Positions 19,101 to 27,918 are shown, numbered from the stretch's first letter. The stretch is 64,000 nucleotides of DNA from Candidatus Aerophobetes bacterium Ae_b3b (GCA_005223085.1 NJBP01000005.1:2815-66814), one strand, 5' to 3'. The notes: generated from the letters alone by a model not told the origin. Numbers and translations are program-made.

Positions 19101-19128
19101 TTGACATTTGATGTTGAATCCATATGCT
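19101..19128 (+). promoter_or_regulatory. sigma70-like promoter with repeated GATATTGA boxes upstream of vapBC
   Basis: TTGACA 19101-19106, 16-nt spacer, TATGCT 19123-19128. GATATTGA occurs twice (about 19097 and 19129), possibly an antitoxin operator. Confidence 0.35.
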
Positions 19129-19164
19129 GATATTGATCATCATACTGATAAGGAGGTTCTTATT

Positions 19165-19416
19165 ATGGCTACTCTAACTAAAAAGACTCAGATCCTTTTT
19201 TCTGAGGAGCAACTGGAACTGTTGAAAAAGATAGCTGAGGAAAAGGGTACCTCCATGGGGGCTCTAATTCGGGAAGCGGTGGAGAAGGTATATCTGAAAG
19301 AAATTAAATACCAGCGTCTGGAAATAGCAAAACGCCTTATAAATATGCAGCTTCCGGTGGATGAGTGGGAAAAAATGGAGAAAGAAATAACCGATGGAGC
19401 CAGGGAGGAGCGATGA
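19165..19416 (+). CDS. vapB: ribbon-helix-helix (CopG/VapB-like) antitoxin
   Basis: ATG at 19165 preceded by AAGGAGG. 'TQILFSEEQLELLKKIAEEKGTSMGALIREAVEKVY' is an RHH fold pattern. The stop overlaps the next start (ATGA). Confidence 0.7.
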   Translation: MATLTKKTQILFSEEQLELLKKIAEEKGTSMGALIREAVEKVYLKEIKYQRLEIAKRLINMQLPVDEWEKMEKEITDGAREER

Positions 19417-19835
19417 TATTTATTGACGCTAATATTGTGATGTACGCAGTAGGTAGGCCTCATAGGTACAAGGAGGCATGTGCCAGGATCATAGTGGATA
19501 TTTCAGAGGGCAAAATTCCTACAGTTACTGATTGCGAAATTCTGCAAGAAATTCTTTATCGGTACTGGTATATCCGTGAACTGGAAAAAGGCCTTCAGGT
19601 GTTTGAAGATTTTCAAAACTTGGTACCTAAAATCTTTCCCATCGGGAGGGAGGATTTAATTGAGAGTGCTCAGATTTTAAGAGAAAATTTCCCCGTTTCT
19701 CCAAGAGATGCCTTGCATGTGGCGGTAATGAGAAATAATGGTGTGAACAGCATCTTGAGTACTGATACACATTTTGACCTTATCCCTAGAATTCAGCGTA
19801 AAGACCCCCTGACCATGAGTGATGAATCTGTATGA
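19413..19835 (+). CDS. vapC: PIN-domain ribonuclease toxin
   Basis: 'MIFIDANIVMYA', 'SPRDALHVAVM' and 'STDTHFD' supply the conserved acidic PIN residues. Confidence 0.75.
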   Translation: MIFIDANIVMYAVGRPHRYKEACARIIVDISEGKIPTVTDCEILQEILYRYWYIRELEKGLQVFEDFQNLVPKIFPIGREDLIESAQILRENFPVSPRDALHVAVMRNNGVNSILSTDTHFDLIPRIQRKDPLTMSDESV

Positions 19836-19947
19836 TTGCTCCTTTGGTGGCCGAAGAAGAAAGCTTCAGTACTGAAGAGGATAAAAAATTCTGGGACAAT
19901 TAACCTTTTGAGCCATCAGGTGTGAGCTGGAAAAGGAGGTGTAAGCG

Positions 19948-20502
19948 ATGACCAGATTAAACATGAAGATTAAGTTCACCTATAAGGACTACAAGAGCCT
20001 ACCAGAGTCCGAAACCAAGCGCTACGAACTTATAGAGGGAGAGTTAATTATGGTTCCATCGCCAAATGAATATCACCAGCGTATCTCAGGAAGACTTGAG
20101 TTTATTCTGCGAGCATTTGTGGAGGGTAAGAACCTGGGAAGAGTTTATGATGCGCCTTTCGATGTTGTCTTTTCCAAGGAGGATGTTGTTCAGCCAGATA
20201 TTCTCTTTATCTCTAAAGCTCGTTCTAAGATTATCACGAAGGAGGAAATTCTGGGAGCACCTGATTTAGTGATAGAAATTCTTTCCCCAGCTACAGCTGA
20301 GAGAGATCGCACTTATAAGAAGACGCTTTATGCCCGACACGGCGTCCGGGAGTACTGGATTATAGATCCAGAAGAGAAAACCGTCGAAGTAATGACTCTG
20401 GGCAAGGCAGGATTTGAGTCCTCCGGGGTCTACGGGAAAATGGACACCTTGAAGTCCACCATCTTTCTTGGCTTAACCATCAACCTTTCTGATGTTTTTT
20501 GA
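19948..20502 (+). CDS. Uma2-family (DUF820) restriction-endonuclease-like protein
   Basis: 'YELIEGELIMVPSP...H', 'PDILFIS', 'PDLVIEILSPATAERDRTYKKTLYARHGVREYWIIDPEEKTVEV'. Confidence 0.8.
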   Translation: MTRLNMKIKFTYKDYKSLPESETKRYELIEGELIMVPSPNEYHQRISGRLEFILRAFVEGKNLGRVYDAPFDVVFSKEDVVQPDILFISKARSKIITKEEILGAPDLVIEILSPATAERDRTYKKTLYARHGVREYWIIDPEEKTVEVMTLGKAGFESSGVYGKMDTLKSTIFLGLTINLSDVF

Positions 20503-20559
20503 CCCCGGACATAGGACTTCGGACCTCGGACTTGAGGCAGTTTTTCATGGAGATAGAAG

Positions 20560-21249
20560 ATGAAAAAAGGCATCCTTTATCCGGTAGGAACTCCTATCGG
20601 AAATTTGAAGGATATTAGTTTAAGAGCCTTGGAGCTCTTAAAGGAGGTGAGCCTCATTGCCGCCGAAGACACCAGACACACCCGTAAGCTTTTGTCCCAT
20701 TATGATATTCACACTTCTTTAACCAGCTTCTATGAGCATAACCAGCTACGAAAAATTCCCTATTTAATCAAAAAGTTAACCACAGGAAAAGACATTGCAT
20801 TAGTGAGTAAAGCAGGAATGCCAGGAATCTCAGATCCTGGTTATCATCTGATAAAAGAAGCAGTAAAGGAGGGAATTGAGGTTGTTCCTATTCCTGGTCC
20901 CACTGCCTTGGCTCTTGGCCTGGTTGCCTCAGGTCTTCCCACTCAGAGTTTTGTCTTTGAGGGATTTCTGGGAAGAAAGAAGGTTGAATGGTTAAAGAAG
21001 CTAAACCGATTGAAAGAAGAGGAAAGAACCATTGTCATCTATGAAGCACCTCACAGGATAAGAAAGATTTTGCCGGAAATTCGAAAGATTCTGGGAGATC
21101 GTCAGATAGCGGTAGCCAGGGAACTCACCAAAAAATTTGAGGAGATAATAAGAGGGAAGGTAAGTGAAGTAGAGGCTGTCTTTGAGGAGAAAAAACCCAG
21201 GGGGGAATTCACCCTAATCATTGAAGGTAAATCTCTTACAATGACCTGA
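20560..21249 (+). CDS. rsmI: 16S rRNA (cytidine1402-2'-O)-methyltransferase
   Basis: 'GILYPVGTPIGNLKDISLRALELLKEVSLIAAEDTRHTRKLL' and 'SDPGYHLI'. Confidence 0.85.
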   Translation: MKKGILYPVGTPIGNLKDISLRALELLKEVSLIAAEDTRHTRKLLSHYDIHTSLTSFYEHNQLRKIPYLIKKLTTGKDIALVSKAGMPGISDPGYHLIKEAVKEGIEVVPIPGPTALALGLVASGLPTQSFVFEGFLGRKKVEWLKKLNRLKEEERTIVIYEAPHRIRKILPEIRKILGDRQIAVARELTKKFEEIIRGKVSEVEAVFEEKKPRGEFTLIIEGKSLTMT

Positions 21250-21286
21250 TTACATTTGTCAGTTCTTGCTGGACAAGTGAAGGACC

Positions 21287-22000
21287 ATGGATTCTTTTAA
21301 GGATATGAAAAGATTCTTTTCTCTAGTTATAGCAGAAACGGTGCTTTCCCTTCTTTTCCTTATTCCGGCCTCTGGTGAAGCTGGTTTAAATCTAGGAATA
21401 TCCACTGGTTACTACCTTCCCAGTTTTGGGAGAATCAATCAACAATTGGTACGGTATTACAACAATGTCTACGGAACAAATTTGAAACTCAGAGATGGCT
21501 TGGTCTCAGGAGTGCAGGTTGAACTTGAATTTCCCTCGGGATTTAAGATCCGAGTGGAAAACTTCTCTTTCAAAGCAATTACCCAGGACTCTTACAGTGT
21601 TGATTCTGCTCCCTATCGTCAACAAGTTGACCACGACATAAAAGTAACTACTAATCCCTTTTTCATAAGTGGCATCTGGGATGTTTCCTTGGAAGAGAGT
21701 TTCTCTCTTTACCTGGGATGTGGGATTGGGATCTTTCCTACTGACGTGAGACTTTTTGGAACTACTAAATACTACTCTGGTTCTACTCTGGTCAGCCAAG
21801 AATCGTGGGCAGATTGGCAGCGTAGCGACCCTATAGGATTTCAGTATCTAGGCGGATTTCGACATACCTTTAAGGGCGGCTTAACCATATCCGGAGAAAT
21901 GAAGATTTTTGCTGTGGCAATGGCGGAGTTAGATAATCTGTCTACTAGCGTAGACTGGAACGGCCCCCTTTTTTCTCTGGTTGCTAGTTATCGATTCTAG
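21287..22000 (+). CDS. putative outer-membrane beta-barrel protein
   Basis: Signal-like N-terminus, alternating amphipathic strands, aromatic C-terminus '...LVASYRF'. No family recognised. Confidence 0.4.
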   Translation: MDSFKDMKRFFSLVIAETVLSLLFLIPASGEAGLNLGISTGYYLPSFGRINQQLVRYYNNVYGTNLKLRDGLVSGVQVELEFPSGFKIRVENFSFKAITQDSYSVDSAPYRQQVDHDIKVTTNPFFISGIWDVSLEESFSLYLGCGIGIFPTDVRLFGTTKYYSGSTLVSQESWADWQRSDPIGFQYLGGFRHTFKGGLTISGEMKIFAVAMAELDNLSTSVDWNGPLFSLVASYRF

Positions 22001-22108
22001 GGGTCTTCCGAACTGTCTCTTACTGCTCCCATTGAATACGATATTGAATTGAGCTCCACTTGACATGTTATGAGGATAAGATAGGGTGATAACGACAATA
22101 AGAGAAAG

Positions 22109-22672
22109 ATGAGGGTATTTATAGCGGTAGAGATTTCTGACTCCATCAGGAGCACGATAGCTCAGATTCAAGGTAAGCTTAGAGGAACAGAAGATAAAAT
22201 TAAATGGGTGGATCCATCTTTAATTCATCTTACCCTAAAGTTTTTAGGGGAAGTAAGAAAAGAGAGACTGGGAGCGGTAATTGAGGTGGCACAAAAAATA
22301 GCTCCCAAGTTTTCTCCTTTCTTTATGGAAGTTAAAAGAGTGGGTGCTTTTCCTACTTCCTCTTCTCCCAGAGTTATATGGCTGGGAGTGGATAGGGGGA
22401 GCACTAATCTGCAAAGACTAGCTAGCGAGCTGGAAAACCATCTAGCAAAGGATGGGTTTTCTAAAGAAAAGAAGAAGTGGACTCCCCACCTAACTCTCGG
22501 CAGGGTGAAATCGTTAGTAGAACCACAGAAATTAAGTGGTCTTATCTTAGGAGAAAAAGAGGTTGTGGCAGGAGAGATGGAGGTAAAGGAGATCAGCGTA
22601 ATTGAGAGTCGCCTCACTCCCAGTGGACCAATTTATACTGTTTTAGAGCGAATCAGGCTAAAGGGAATGTAG
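22109..22672 (+). CDS. thpR: RNA 2',3'-cyclic phosphodiesterase (2H family, LigT/ThpR)
   Basis: Two HxTx motifs, 'IHLTLKFLG' and 'PHLTLGR'. 187 aa. Confidence 0.85.
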   Translation: MRVFIAVEISDSIRSTIAQIQGKLRGTEDKIKWVDPSLIHLTLKFLGEVRKERLGAVIEVAQKIAPKFSPFFMEVKRVGAFPTSSSPRVIWLGVDRGSTNLQRLASELENHLAKDGFSKEKKKWTPHLTLGRVKSLVEPQKLSGLILGEKEVVAGEMEVKEISVIESRLTPSGPIYTVLERIRLKGM

Positions 22673-22758
22673 GATATAAAAAGTACAAAGTTGAGAGATC
22701 GGACCATTTGCTAAGATTCTGAGACCCTTGAGAGTAGCAGGAAAATATTAGCATTCAG

Positions 22759-22970
22759 GAGATTTATACGCGTATCGAGGGACTTTGCCCGAAGGAGCCT
22801 TATATCAGCCACCTTAACGAGTCTTCGAGTTAAGGAAGAAGAAAGACGTGATGTCTGAGGAGCGGAGCGAGGAGTTTCACGTCTTTCCCGAGACGAGAAG
22901 ACGAGCAGAAACAATCGAAAGTCGATATACAGCGACGAAGGGGAACAGTCCCGAGATATCCTTGAGGAGG
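22759..22970 (+). repeat. structured intergenic element, copy A (abuts the recA start)
   Basis: Aligns with 31961-32218. Conserved hairpin GAAAGACGTGA(22841-22851)/TCACGTCTTTC(22877-22887). The ends TATCGAGGGAC (22773-22783) and GTCCCGAGATA (22948-22958) are complementary. The 3' end supplies GAGGAGG, 6 nt before the recA ATG. Confidence 0.75.
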
Positions 22971-22976
22971 ATAGAT

Positions 22977-24011
22977 ATGAGAGAAGAGAAGATGAAAGCT
23001 CTGGATATAGCCAGGCAGCAGATAGAGCGCCAATTTGGCAAAGGATCACTTATGCGCCTGGGGGAAAGAGCGGCCAGGATGGATGTGGATGTAATTCCCA
23101 CAGGGAATATTGCCGTGGACGCGGCTCTGGGTATAGGAGGGCTTCCCCGGGGAAGAGTAGTGGAGATATTCGGTCCTGAAGGGGGTGGTAAAACTACTCT
23201 GGCTTTGCATGCTGCTGCTGAAGCTCAAAAAATGGATGGAGTAGTTGCTTTTATTGATGCGGAGCACGCCTTAGATCCTACCTATGCAAAAAATTTGGGG
23301 GTGGATATGGAAAACCTTCTCATCTCCCAGCCTGACTCTGGAGAGGAGGCTCTGGAGATAGCTGAACTTTTAGTACGCAGTAATGCCATAGATTTGATTA
23401 TCATAGACTCAGTGGCTGCTCTGGTTCCCCGGGCCGAGCTGGAAGGGGATATGGGTGATTCCCACGTTGGGCTTCAGGCAAGGCTTATGTCTCAAGCACT
23501 TCGTAAGTTAACCGGAGCGATAAGCAATTCTAAGACCTGTACCATCTTTGTCAATCAATTGAGAATGAAGATTGGAGTAATGTTTGGCAATCCAGAGGTA
23601 ACTCCAGGAGGTCGGGCTCTCAAGTTTTATGCCAGCATAAGAATAGATATTCGAAGGAAAGCATCTTTGACCAAGGGGGATGTGCAGATAGGCAACAGAA
23701 CCAAAATCACTGTGGTTAAGAACAAGCTCGCTCCACCTTTCAGGAAAGCTGAATTTGACCTACTTTTTGGAGAGGGGATGTCTCAGGAGGGAAGCATTTT
23801 GGATCTGGGAGAAGATCTTGGCATTCTTAAAAAATCGGGAAGCTGGTATTCTTACGGAGATACCCAATTGGGGCAGGGAAAGGAAAGTGCCCGAGAGTTT
23901 CTTAAGGATGTAAAAAATGCTACTCTGAGGAACGAAATTGAGCAAAAAATTGGGGGAAAATTGGGTTTTATAAGAAAAAAGAAGGAGACGGTTAAGGCTA
24001 AGGTTGAGTAA
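22977..24011 (+). CDS. recA: recombinase RecA
   Basis: '[23 protein letters not shown]', Walker A 'GPEGGGKTT', '[10 protein letters not shown]', 'IIIDSVAAL'. The ATG at 22977 with its GAGGAGG SD is preferred to the 22848 ORF start, which reads through the repeat. Confidence 0.95.
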   Translation: MREEKMKALDIARQQIERQFGKGSLMRLGERAARMDVDVIPTGNIAVDAALGIGGLPRGRVVEIFGPEGGGKTTLALHAAAEAQKMDGVVAFIDAEHALDPTYAKNLGVDMENLLISQPDSGEEALEIAELLVRSNAIDLIIIDSVAALVPRAELEGDMGDSHVGLQARLMSQALRKLTGAISNSKTCTIFVNQLRMKIGVMFGNPEVTPGGRALKFYASIRIDIRRKASLTKGDVQIGNRTKITVVKNKLAPPFRKAEFDLLFGEGMSQEGSILDLGEDLGILKKSGSWYSYGDTQLGQGKESAREFLKDVKNATLRNEIEQKIGGKLGFIRKKKETVKAKVE

Positions 24012-24054
24012 AACAGCACCAGATTCAAGTAAGACACATAGAAGTTGAAGCAGA

Positions 24055-25209
24055 ATGAATAAGATCAGCAAAATATTAATCCTTCTTGCTTCTTTACTCT
24101 TGTTCGCTTCTTCCGCAAAGGCCTATCAAGATTATGGAGTTGAGAAAGTAGGTTTTCACTCCTATCTCACCTATACCCGGATAGTTCTGGAGATATCTGG
24201 CGAAGTTGGTTACATTGTCAGGGATCTAACCAGTCCACCTCGATTGCTGATTAACCTTTATCCGGCTAAACTTACTTCTTTGGAGCGAAAAATTGATGTA
24301 AAAGATAGATTTATTAGGGGGCTTCGTCTCTCGCAGGATAGCAAACATGTGACCAGGGTCGTCCTGGATTTAACGAATTTTGAGTCTACCTATAATATCT
24401 TTTCCTTGAAGGGGCCTCATCGTCTAGTTATCGAGGTAAAAAGTCCGAAGAAAGATCCAATAGCGGATCTATTGAAACCACAAGGATTTCCTTACTATTT
24501 GCGTGAATCGGTTTCGGAGGAATACAGGAGAGTTTATAAAGTAATATTAGATCCTGGACATGGGGGGGAAGATCCGGGAGCAATTGGCCCCACTGGTTTA
24601 AAAGAGAAAGATGTTGCCCTTGCCGTGACCCTGGAGGTAGCTAATCTCTTAAAAGAGGAAGCAGGGATTGACATTTATCTAACCAGGACGGATGATTCTT
24701 TTATTCATCTGGATCTGAGGACAGAGTTGGCTAACCAATGGGGAGGGGATCTTTTTGTATCCATACATGCCAATGCAGCTTTTAACCAAAAGGCAAGCGG
24801 TATAGAGACTTTTTTTAATTCCCGGTACCCATATGGAGAAGGGGCAGCAGCAGTGGCGGCCAGAGAAAATACTTCTCTGGGAGCTGACGACGTTTCAGGG
24901 GAAATTAAGGCCATTCTCTGGGATTTAGTGCAGAATCGATATCGAGACGAAAGCAACGAATTATCCCATTTTGTGCAGAGGCAATTATGCCAGGCTATAG
25001 ACGTCGAGGATAGAGGGGTAAAATCAGCCGGATTTTATGTCCTAAGGGGAGCAGCCATGCCTGCTATTTTGGTAGAGATAGGATTTATCTCCAATCCCTG
25101 GGAGGAGCAAAAACTAAGAAAAGGTGAATTTAGAAAAAAAATTGCTCGGGGCATCTTTAGAGGAATAAAAGATTATCTTGAAAGTTATGATGAGAGATCA
25201 AGTAGGTAA
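24055..25209 (+). CDS. N-acetylmuramoyl-L-alanine amidase (Amidase_3) with N-terminal AMIN-like domain
   Basis: Signal peptide, 'ILDPGHGGEDPGAIG', 'VSIHANA', 'VLRGAAMPAILVEIGFISN'. Confidence 0.85.
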   Translation: MNKISKILILLASLLLFASSAKAYQDYGVEKVGFHSYLTYTRIVLEISGEVGYIVRDLTSPPRLLINLYPAKLTSLERKIDVKDRFIRGLRLSQDSKHVTRVVLDLTNFESTYNIFSLKGPHRLVIEVKSPKKDPIADLLKPQGFPYYLRESVSEEYRRVYKVILDPGHGGEDPGAIGPTGLKEKDVALAVTLEVANLLKEEAGIDIYLTRTDDSFIHLDLRTELANQWGGDLFVSIHANAAFNQKASGIETFFNSRYPYGEGAAAVAARENTSLGADDVSGEIKAILWDLVQNRYRDESNELSHFVQRQLCQAIDVEDRGVKSAGFYVLRGAAMPAILVEIGFISNPWEEQKLRKGEFRKKIARGIFRGIKDYLESYDERSSR

Positions 25210-25255
25210 ACCCTGTTAGATGATCACTACCTAACAGGGTAAATGAGAGGCTAAG

Positions 25256-25834
25256 TTGGCTTCACGCAAAAAGAGGCGAAAATATCTGTTAGTTTATATC
25301 CTCGTTGTAGTAGGGGTCTTTGTGGTGGGAGTATTGGTAGGTCCATTGCTCAGAGAAAAGGGATATCAGATTAAAGATTGGGTTATTCAGCCCCGTCCTC
25401 CTCGAGAGATGAAGGTGGTGAAACTGTACTTTTCTGATCCCCAAGCAGAACATCTCATCCTTGAGGAAAGAAAAGTGGTAGCCTTACCTGATATGAGTGA
25501 GGAGGCTAAAGAAATATTGAAAGAATTAATTAAAGGCCCTCTTGATAGCTCCCTTAAGCCAACCATTCCTCTTCAAACAGAGGTGGAAGATGTTTATTTG
25601 AAGGATGACTGTTTTTATGTAAATTTTTCTTTGGCTTTAAAAGAGAAGCATCCTGGAGGATCTAGCGGGGAACTACTTACTGTATACTCCATAGTTAATA
25701 CCCTCCTTATTAACTTTCCCTCCCAATCGCGGGTACAAATCTTAATCCAGGATAAACCTGTGGAAACTCTCGCCGGACACATTGATATTAGAAACCCTTT
25801 GCGCCAGAGACTCGATATTGCAAAGGAACCCTGA
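25256..25834 (+). CDS. GerMN domain-containing membrane-anchored protein
   Basis: N-terminal TM, 'VKLYFSD...LILEERKV', 'LKELIKGP', 'TLAGHIDI'. TTG start. The amidase-GerMN pairing is common. Confidence 0.55.
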   Translation: MASRKKRRKYLLVYILVVVGVFVVGVLVGPLLREKGYQIKDWVIQPRPPREMKVVKLYFSDPQAEHLILEERKVVALPDMSEEAKEILKELIKGPLDSSLKPTIPLQTEVEDVYLKDDCFYVNFSLALKEKHPGGSSGELLTVYSIVNTLLINFPSQSRVQILIQDKPVETLAGHIDIRNPLRQRLDIAKEP

Positions 25835-25838
25835 GAAG

Positions 25839-25982
25839 ATGAACTCCCGTTCAGAATCAGAAAGTGCAAGAATAGCTGTCTTTGACTCAGGTGTAGGAGG
25901 ACTTACTGTTGTTTCGGAAATAATGAAGCTTCTTCCTGGGGAGGGGAAGAGTCCCGAGATATTTCTTGATTTGGAAGGATAA
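25839..25982 (+). pseudogene. murI: glutamate racemase N-terminal fragment (truncated)
   Basis: 47 codons. 'RIAVFDSGVGGLTVVSEIMKLLPGE' matches the MurI N-terminal active-site region, after which the frame runs into the 19-nt repeat and stops. Full-length MurI is about 260 aa. Confidence 0.7.
25951..25969 (+). repeat. 19-nt dispersed motif GTCCCGAGATATTTCTTGA
   Basis: Exact copy, identical to 35049-35067. Lies at the point where murI similarity ends. Confidence 0.9.
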
Positions 25983-26001
25983 GGATAACTAAAGGATCAC
26001 C

Positions 26002-26679
26002 ATGTTTCAGGAGAAAAACTCAGTGATTTTCCAGGGAAAAGAATTTGCTTTTACCATTTTATGCAGCATCTTCATCGGGTCACTGGTGATTTCCGAGGTA
26101 TTGGCCAGTAAAATTGTTGCTCTAGGGGAGATCTACGTCCCGGCGGGAGTAGTTGCCTACGCGGTAACTTTTGCCATGACCGATACCATTGAAGAAATCT
26201 GGGGGAAGAGGTATGCCAGAGCCGTAGTGATTGGCGGACTTCTAACACTGGGTGTGGTTCTTTTTCTAATGTGGCTTGCCGTAATCTTGCCTTCTGCTCC
26301 ATTCTGGAAAGAAGAAAAAGCATTTACGCGTATTTTAGGAATAAAGGCAGGAGCAATCAGAATAACTATGGCTAGCATAGTTGCTTATTTTGTCAGCCAG
26401 TACCACGATGTCTGGGCCTTTAATTTTTGGAGACGGATCACCAGAGGACGATGGCTCTGGCTGCGTAATAACGCTTCCACCCTTGTTTCTCAGGCTATAG
26501 ATACTTCTCTGTTTATATCTTTAGCCTTCTATGGAGTTGTTCCCGTTGTGCCTTTAATTCTAGGACAGTATTTCGTTAAATTGTGTATTGCTCTCCTTGA
26601 CACTCCCCTGGTCTATCTCCTCGTCTACTGTGTGAGAGGGAAAACCACAGTGACCGAAGAGTCCCGCGGTGTTTCTTGA
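26002..26679 (+). CDS. yhhQ: queuosine-precursor transporter (YhhQ/DUF165, VUT family)
   Basis: 225-aa, 6-TM ORF with 'VPAGVVAYAVTFAMTDTIEEIWGKR' and 'NNASTLVSQAIDTSLF'. Confidence 0.7.
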   Translation: MFQEKNSVIFQGKEFAFTILCSIFIGSLVISEVLASKIVALGEIYVPAGVVAYAVTFAMTDTIEEIWGKRYARAVVIGGLLTLGVVLFLMWLAVILPSAPFWKEEKAFTRILGIKAGAIRITMASIVAYFVSQYHDVWAFNFWRRITRGRWLWLRNNASTLVSQAIDTSLFISLAFYGVVPVVPLILGQYFVKLCIALLDTPLVYLLVYCVRGKTTVTEESRGVS

Positions 26680-26745
26680 CAACTCTCCTTTTTTGTCTTA
26701 GAATTTATTTACCAATTCCGTCAAGCAGTTGCTAGGAGGCAGATT

Positions 26746-27918
26746 ATGATCAGTAAGGTGATAATGCCCAAGTTGGGAGAAACTATGGAGGAGGGAGAGA
26801 TTATCCAGTGGTTAAAACACCAGGGAGACAGAGTCAAGGAAGGAGAACCGCTCTTGGAAATTGCCACTGATAAGGCCAATATGGAGGTAGAGGCACTTTC
26901 TTCTGGATTCTTGAGAGAAATTGTTGCTCCGGCAGGTGAGATTGTACCAGTAACCAAAACCATTGCTTATATTGCCGATACTATGCAGGAAGAGATTTCT
27001 CAGGAGGCAGAGGCACCCGAGAAACCGGCTCAGAAAAAAGTCCCAGAAGAACCGCTCATCCAGTCACCTATTAAGGCCTCCCCCCTGGCCAAAAAGCTAG
27101 CCAGAGACTATGGGATTGACCTTTCTACTGTAAAGGGAAGTGGTCCAGGAGGAAGAGTGCTTAAGGAGGATGTAATTAAATTAGCCGAGGAAAAAGAAAC
27201 TGTCGCGGAAAAGGCAGTTTCTCTTTCGCGGATAGAAAAAGTCATGGTCCAGCGAATGGAGAAGAGCAAAAGGGAAATTCCCCATTTCTATCTTACTGTA
27301 GAAGTTGACTTCTCGAAATCCCAAGCCCTGCGAGATGATTTACTAAAAGAATTTGAGCAGAGAGAAAAAGTTCGACTTTCCTACACGGATCTATTAATTA
27401 AGTCTTGTGGCCGTGCTTTGAGTAAATTTCCCCGGGTAAATTCAACTTTCGAGGCCGGCAGAATCACTTCACACTCAGAGTTTAATGTAGGACGAGCTGT
27501 GGCTACACCCAAAGGGCTCATCGTCCCGGTGATTAAGGATGTAGATAAAAAAAATCTTTTCCAAATAGCTAGGAAAAGAAAAGAGTTGGTTAAAAAGGCA
27601 AATGAAGACCGTCTTTCTCTAGAGGAATTAGAGGGAGCCGCCTTCACTCTTTCTAACCTGGGAATGTTTGGAATTAAGACATTCGTTGCCATAATCAACC
27701 CTCCACAGGCATCTCTTCTAGCTACTGGAGAAATTAAAGAAAGGCCAGTGGCCATAGATAATAGAATAGAGATAAGGCCTATGATGGAGATGACTCTATC
27801 TTGCGATCATCGAGTGATGGATGGATACCTAGGAGCAAAATTCCTGCAGGAGATAAAGCGGGGATTGGAAAGGCCTTCTCTTTTATTAATTGAGATTGCT
27901 TCACTCCGTTCGCAATGA
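26746..27918 (+). CDS. 2-oxoacid dehydrogenase E2 (dihydrolipoamide acyltransferase)
   Basis: Lipoyl domain 'LLEIATDKANMEVEA', E3-binding 'SPLAKKLARDYGIDLSTVKGSGPGGRV', catalytic 'LSCDHRVMDG'. No E1 or E3 gene is adjacent. Confidence 0.85.
   Translation: MISKVIMPKLGETMEEGEIIQWLKHQGDRVKEGEPLLEIATDKANMEVEALSSGFLREIVAPAGEIVPVTKTIAYIADTMQEEISQEAEAPEKPAQKKVPEEPLIQSPIKASPLAKKLARDYGIDLSTVKGSGPGGRVLKEDVIKLAEEKETVAEKAVSLSRIEKVMVQRMEKSKREIPHFYLTVEVDFSKSQALRDDLLKEFEQREKVRLSYTDLLIKSCGRALSKFPRVNSTFEAGRITSHSEFNVGRAVATPKGLIVPVIKDVDKKNLFQIARKRKELVKKANEDRLSLEELEGAAFTLSNLGMFGIKTFVAIINPPQASLLATGEIKERPVAIDNRIEIRPMMEMTLSCDHRVMDGYLGAKFLQEIKRGLERPSLLLIEIASLRSQ

Noticed and set aside
20503-20545. A short run of GGAC-containing heptamers (GGACATA GGACTTC GGACCTC GGACTTG) after the Uma2 gene.
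   Set aside because: It is only about 4 imperfect units with no second occurrence in the window, so too short to assign meaning. It could be a weak terminator or a spacer.
22848-22976. N-terminal 43-aa extension of RecA suggested by the ORF track (start at 22848).
   Set aside because: The extension is the repeat element read in frame. The RecA homology starts after the ATG at 22977, which has a GAGGAGG SD, and the equivalent frame in the mrdA copy is closed by a stop.
22711-23049. Minus-strand ORFs 22711-23049 (112 aa) and 31974-32306 (110 aa) have similar translations (..[16 protein letters not shown]..), suggesting a duplicated small protein.
   Set aside because: The similarity is just the shared nucleotide repeat read in one frame. 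Differences between copies are indels and non-synonymous changes with no synonymous bias, there is no start context or SD, and both ORFs run antisense into neighbouring genes.
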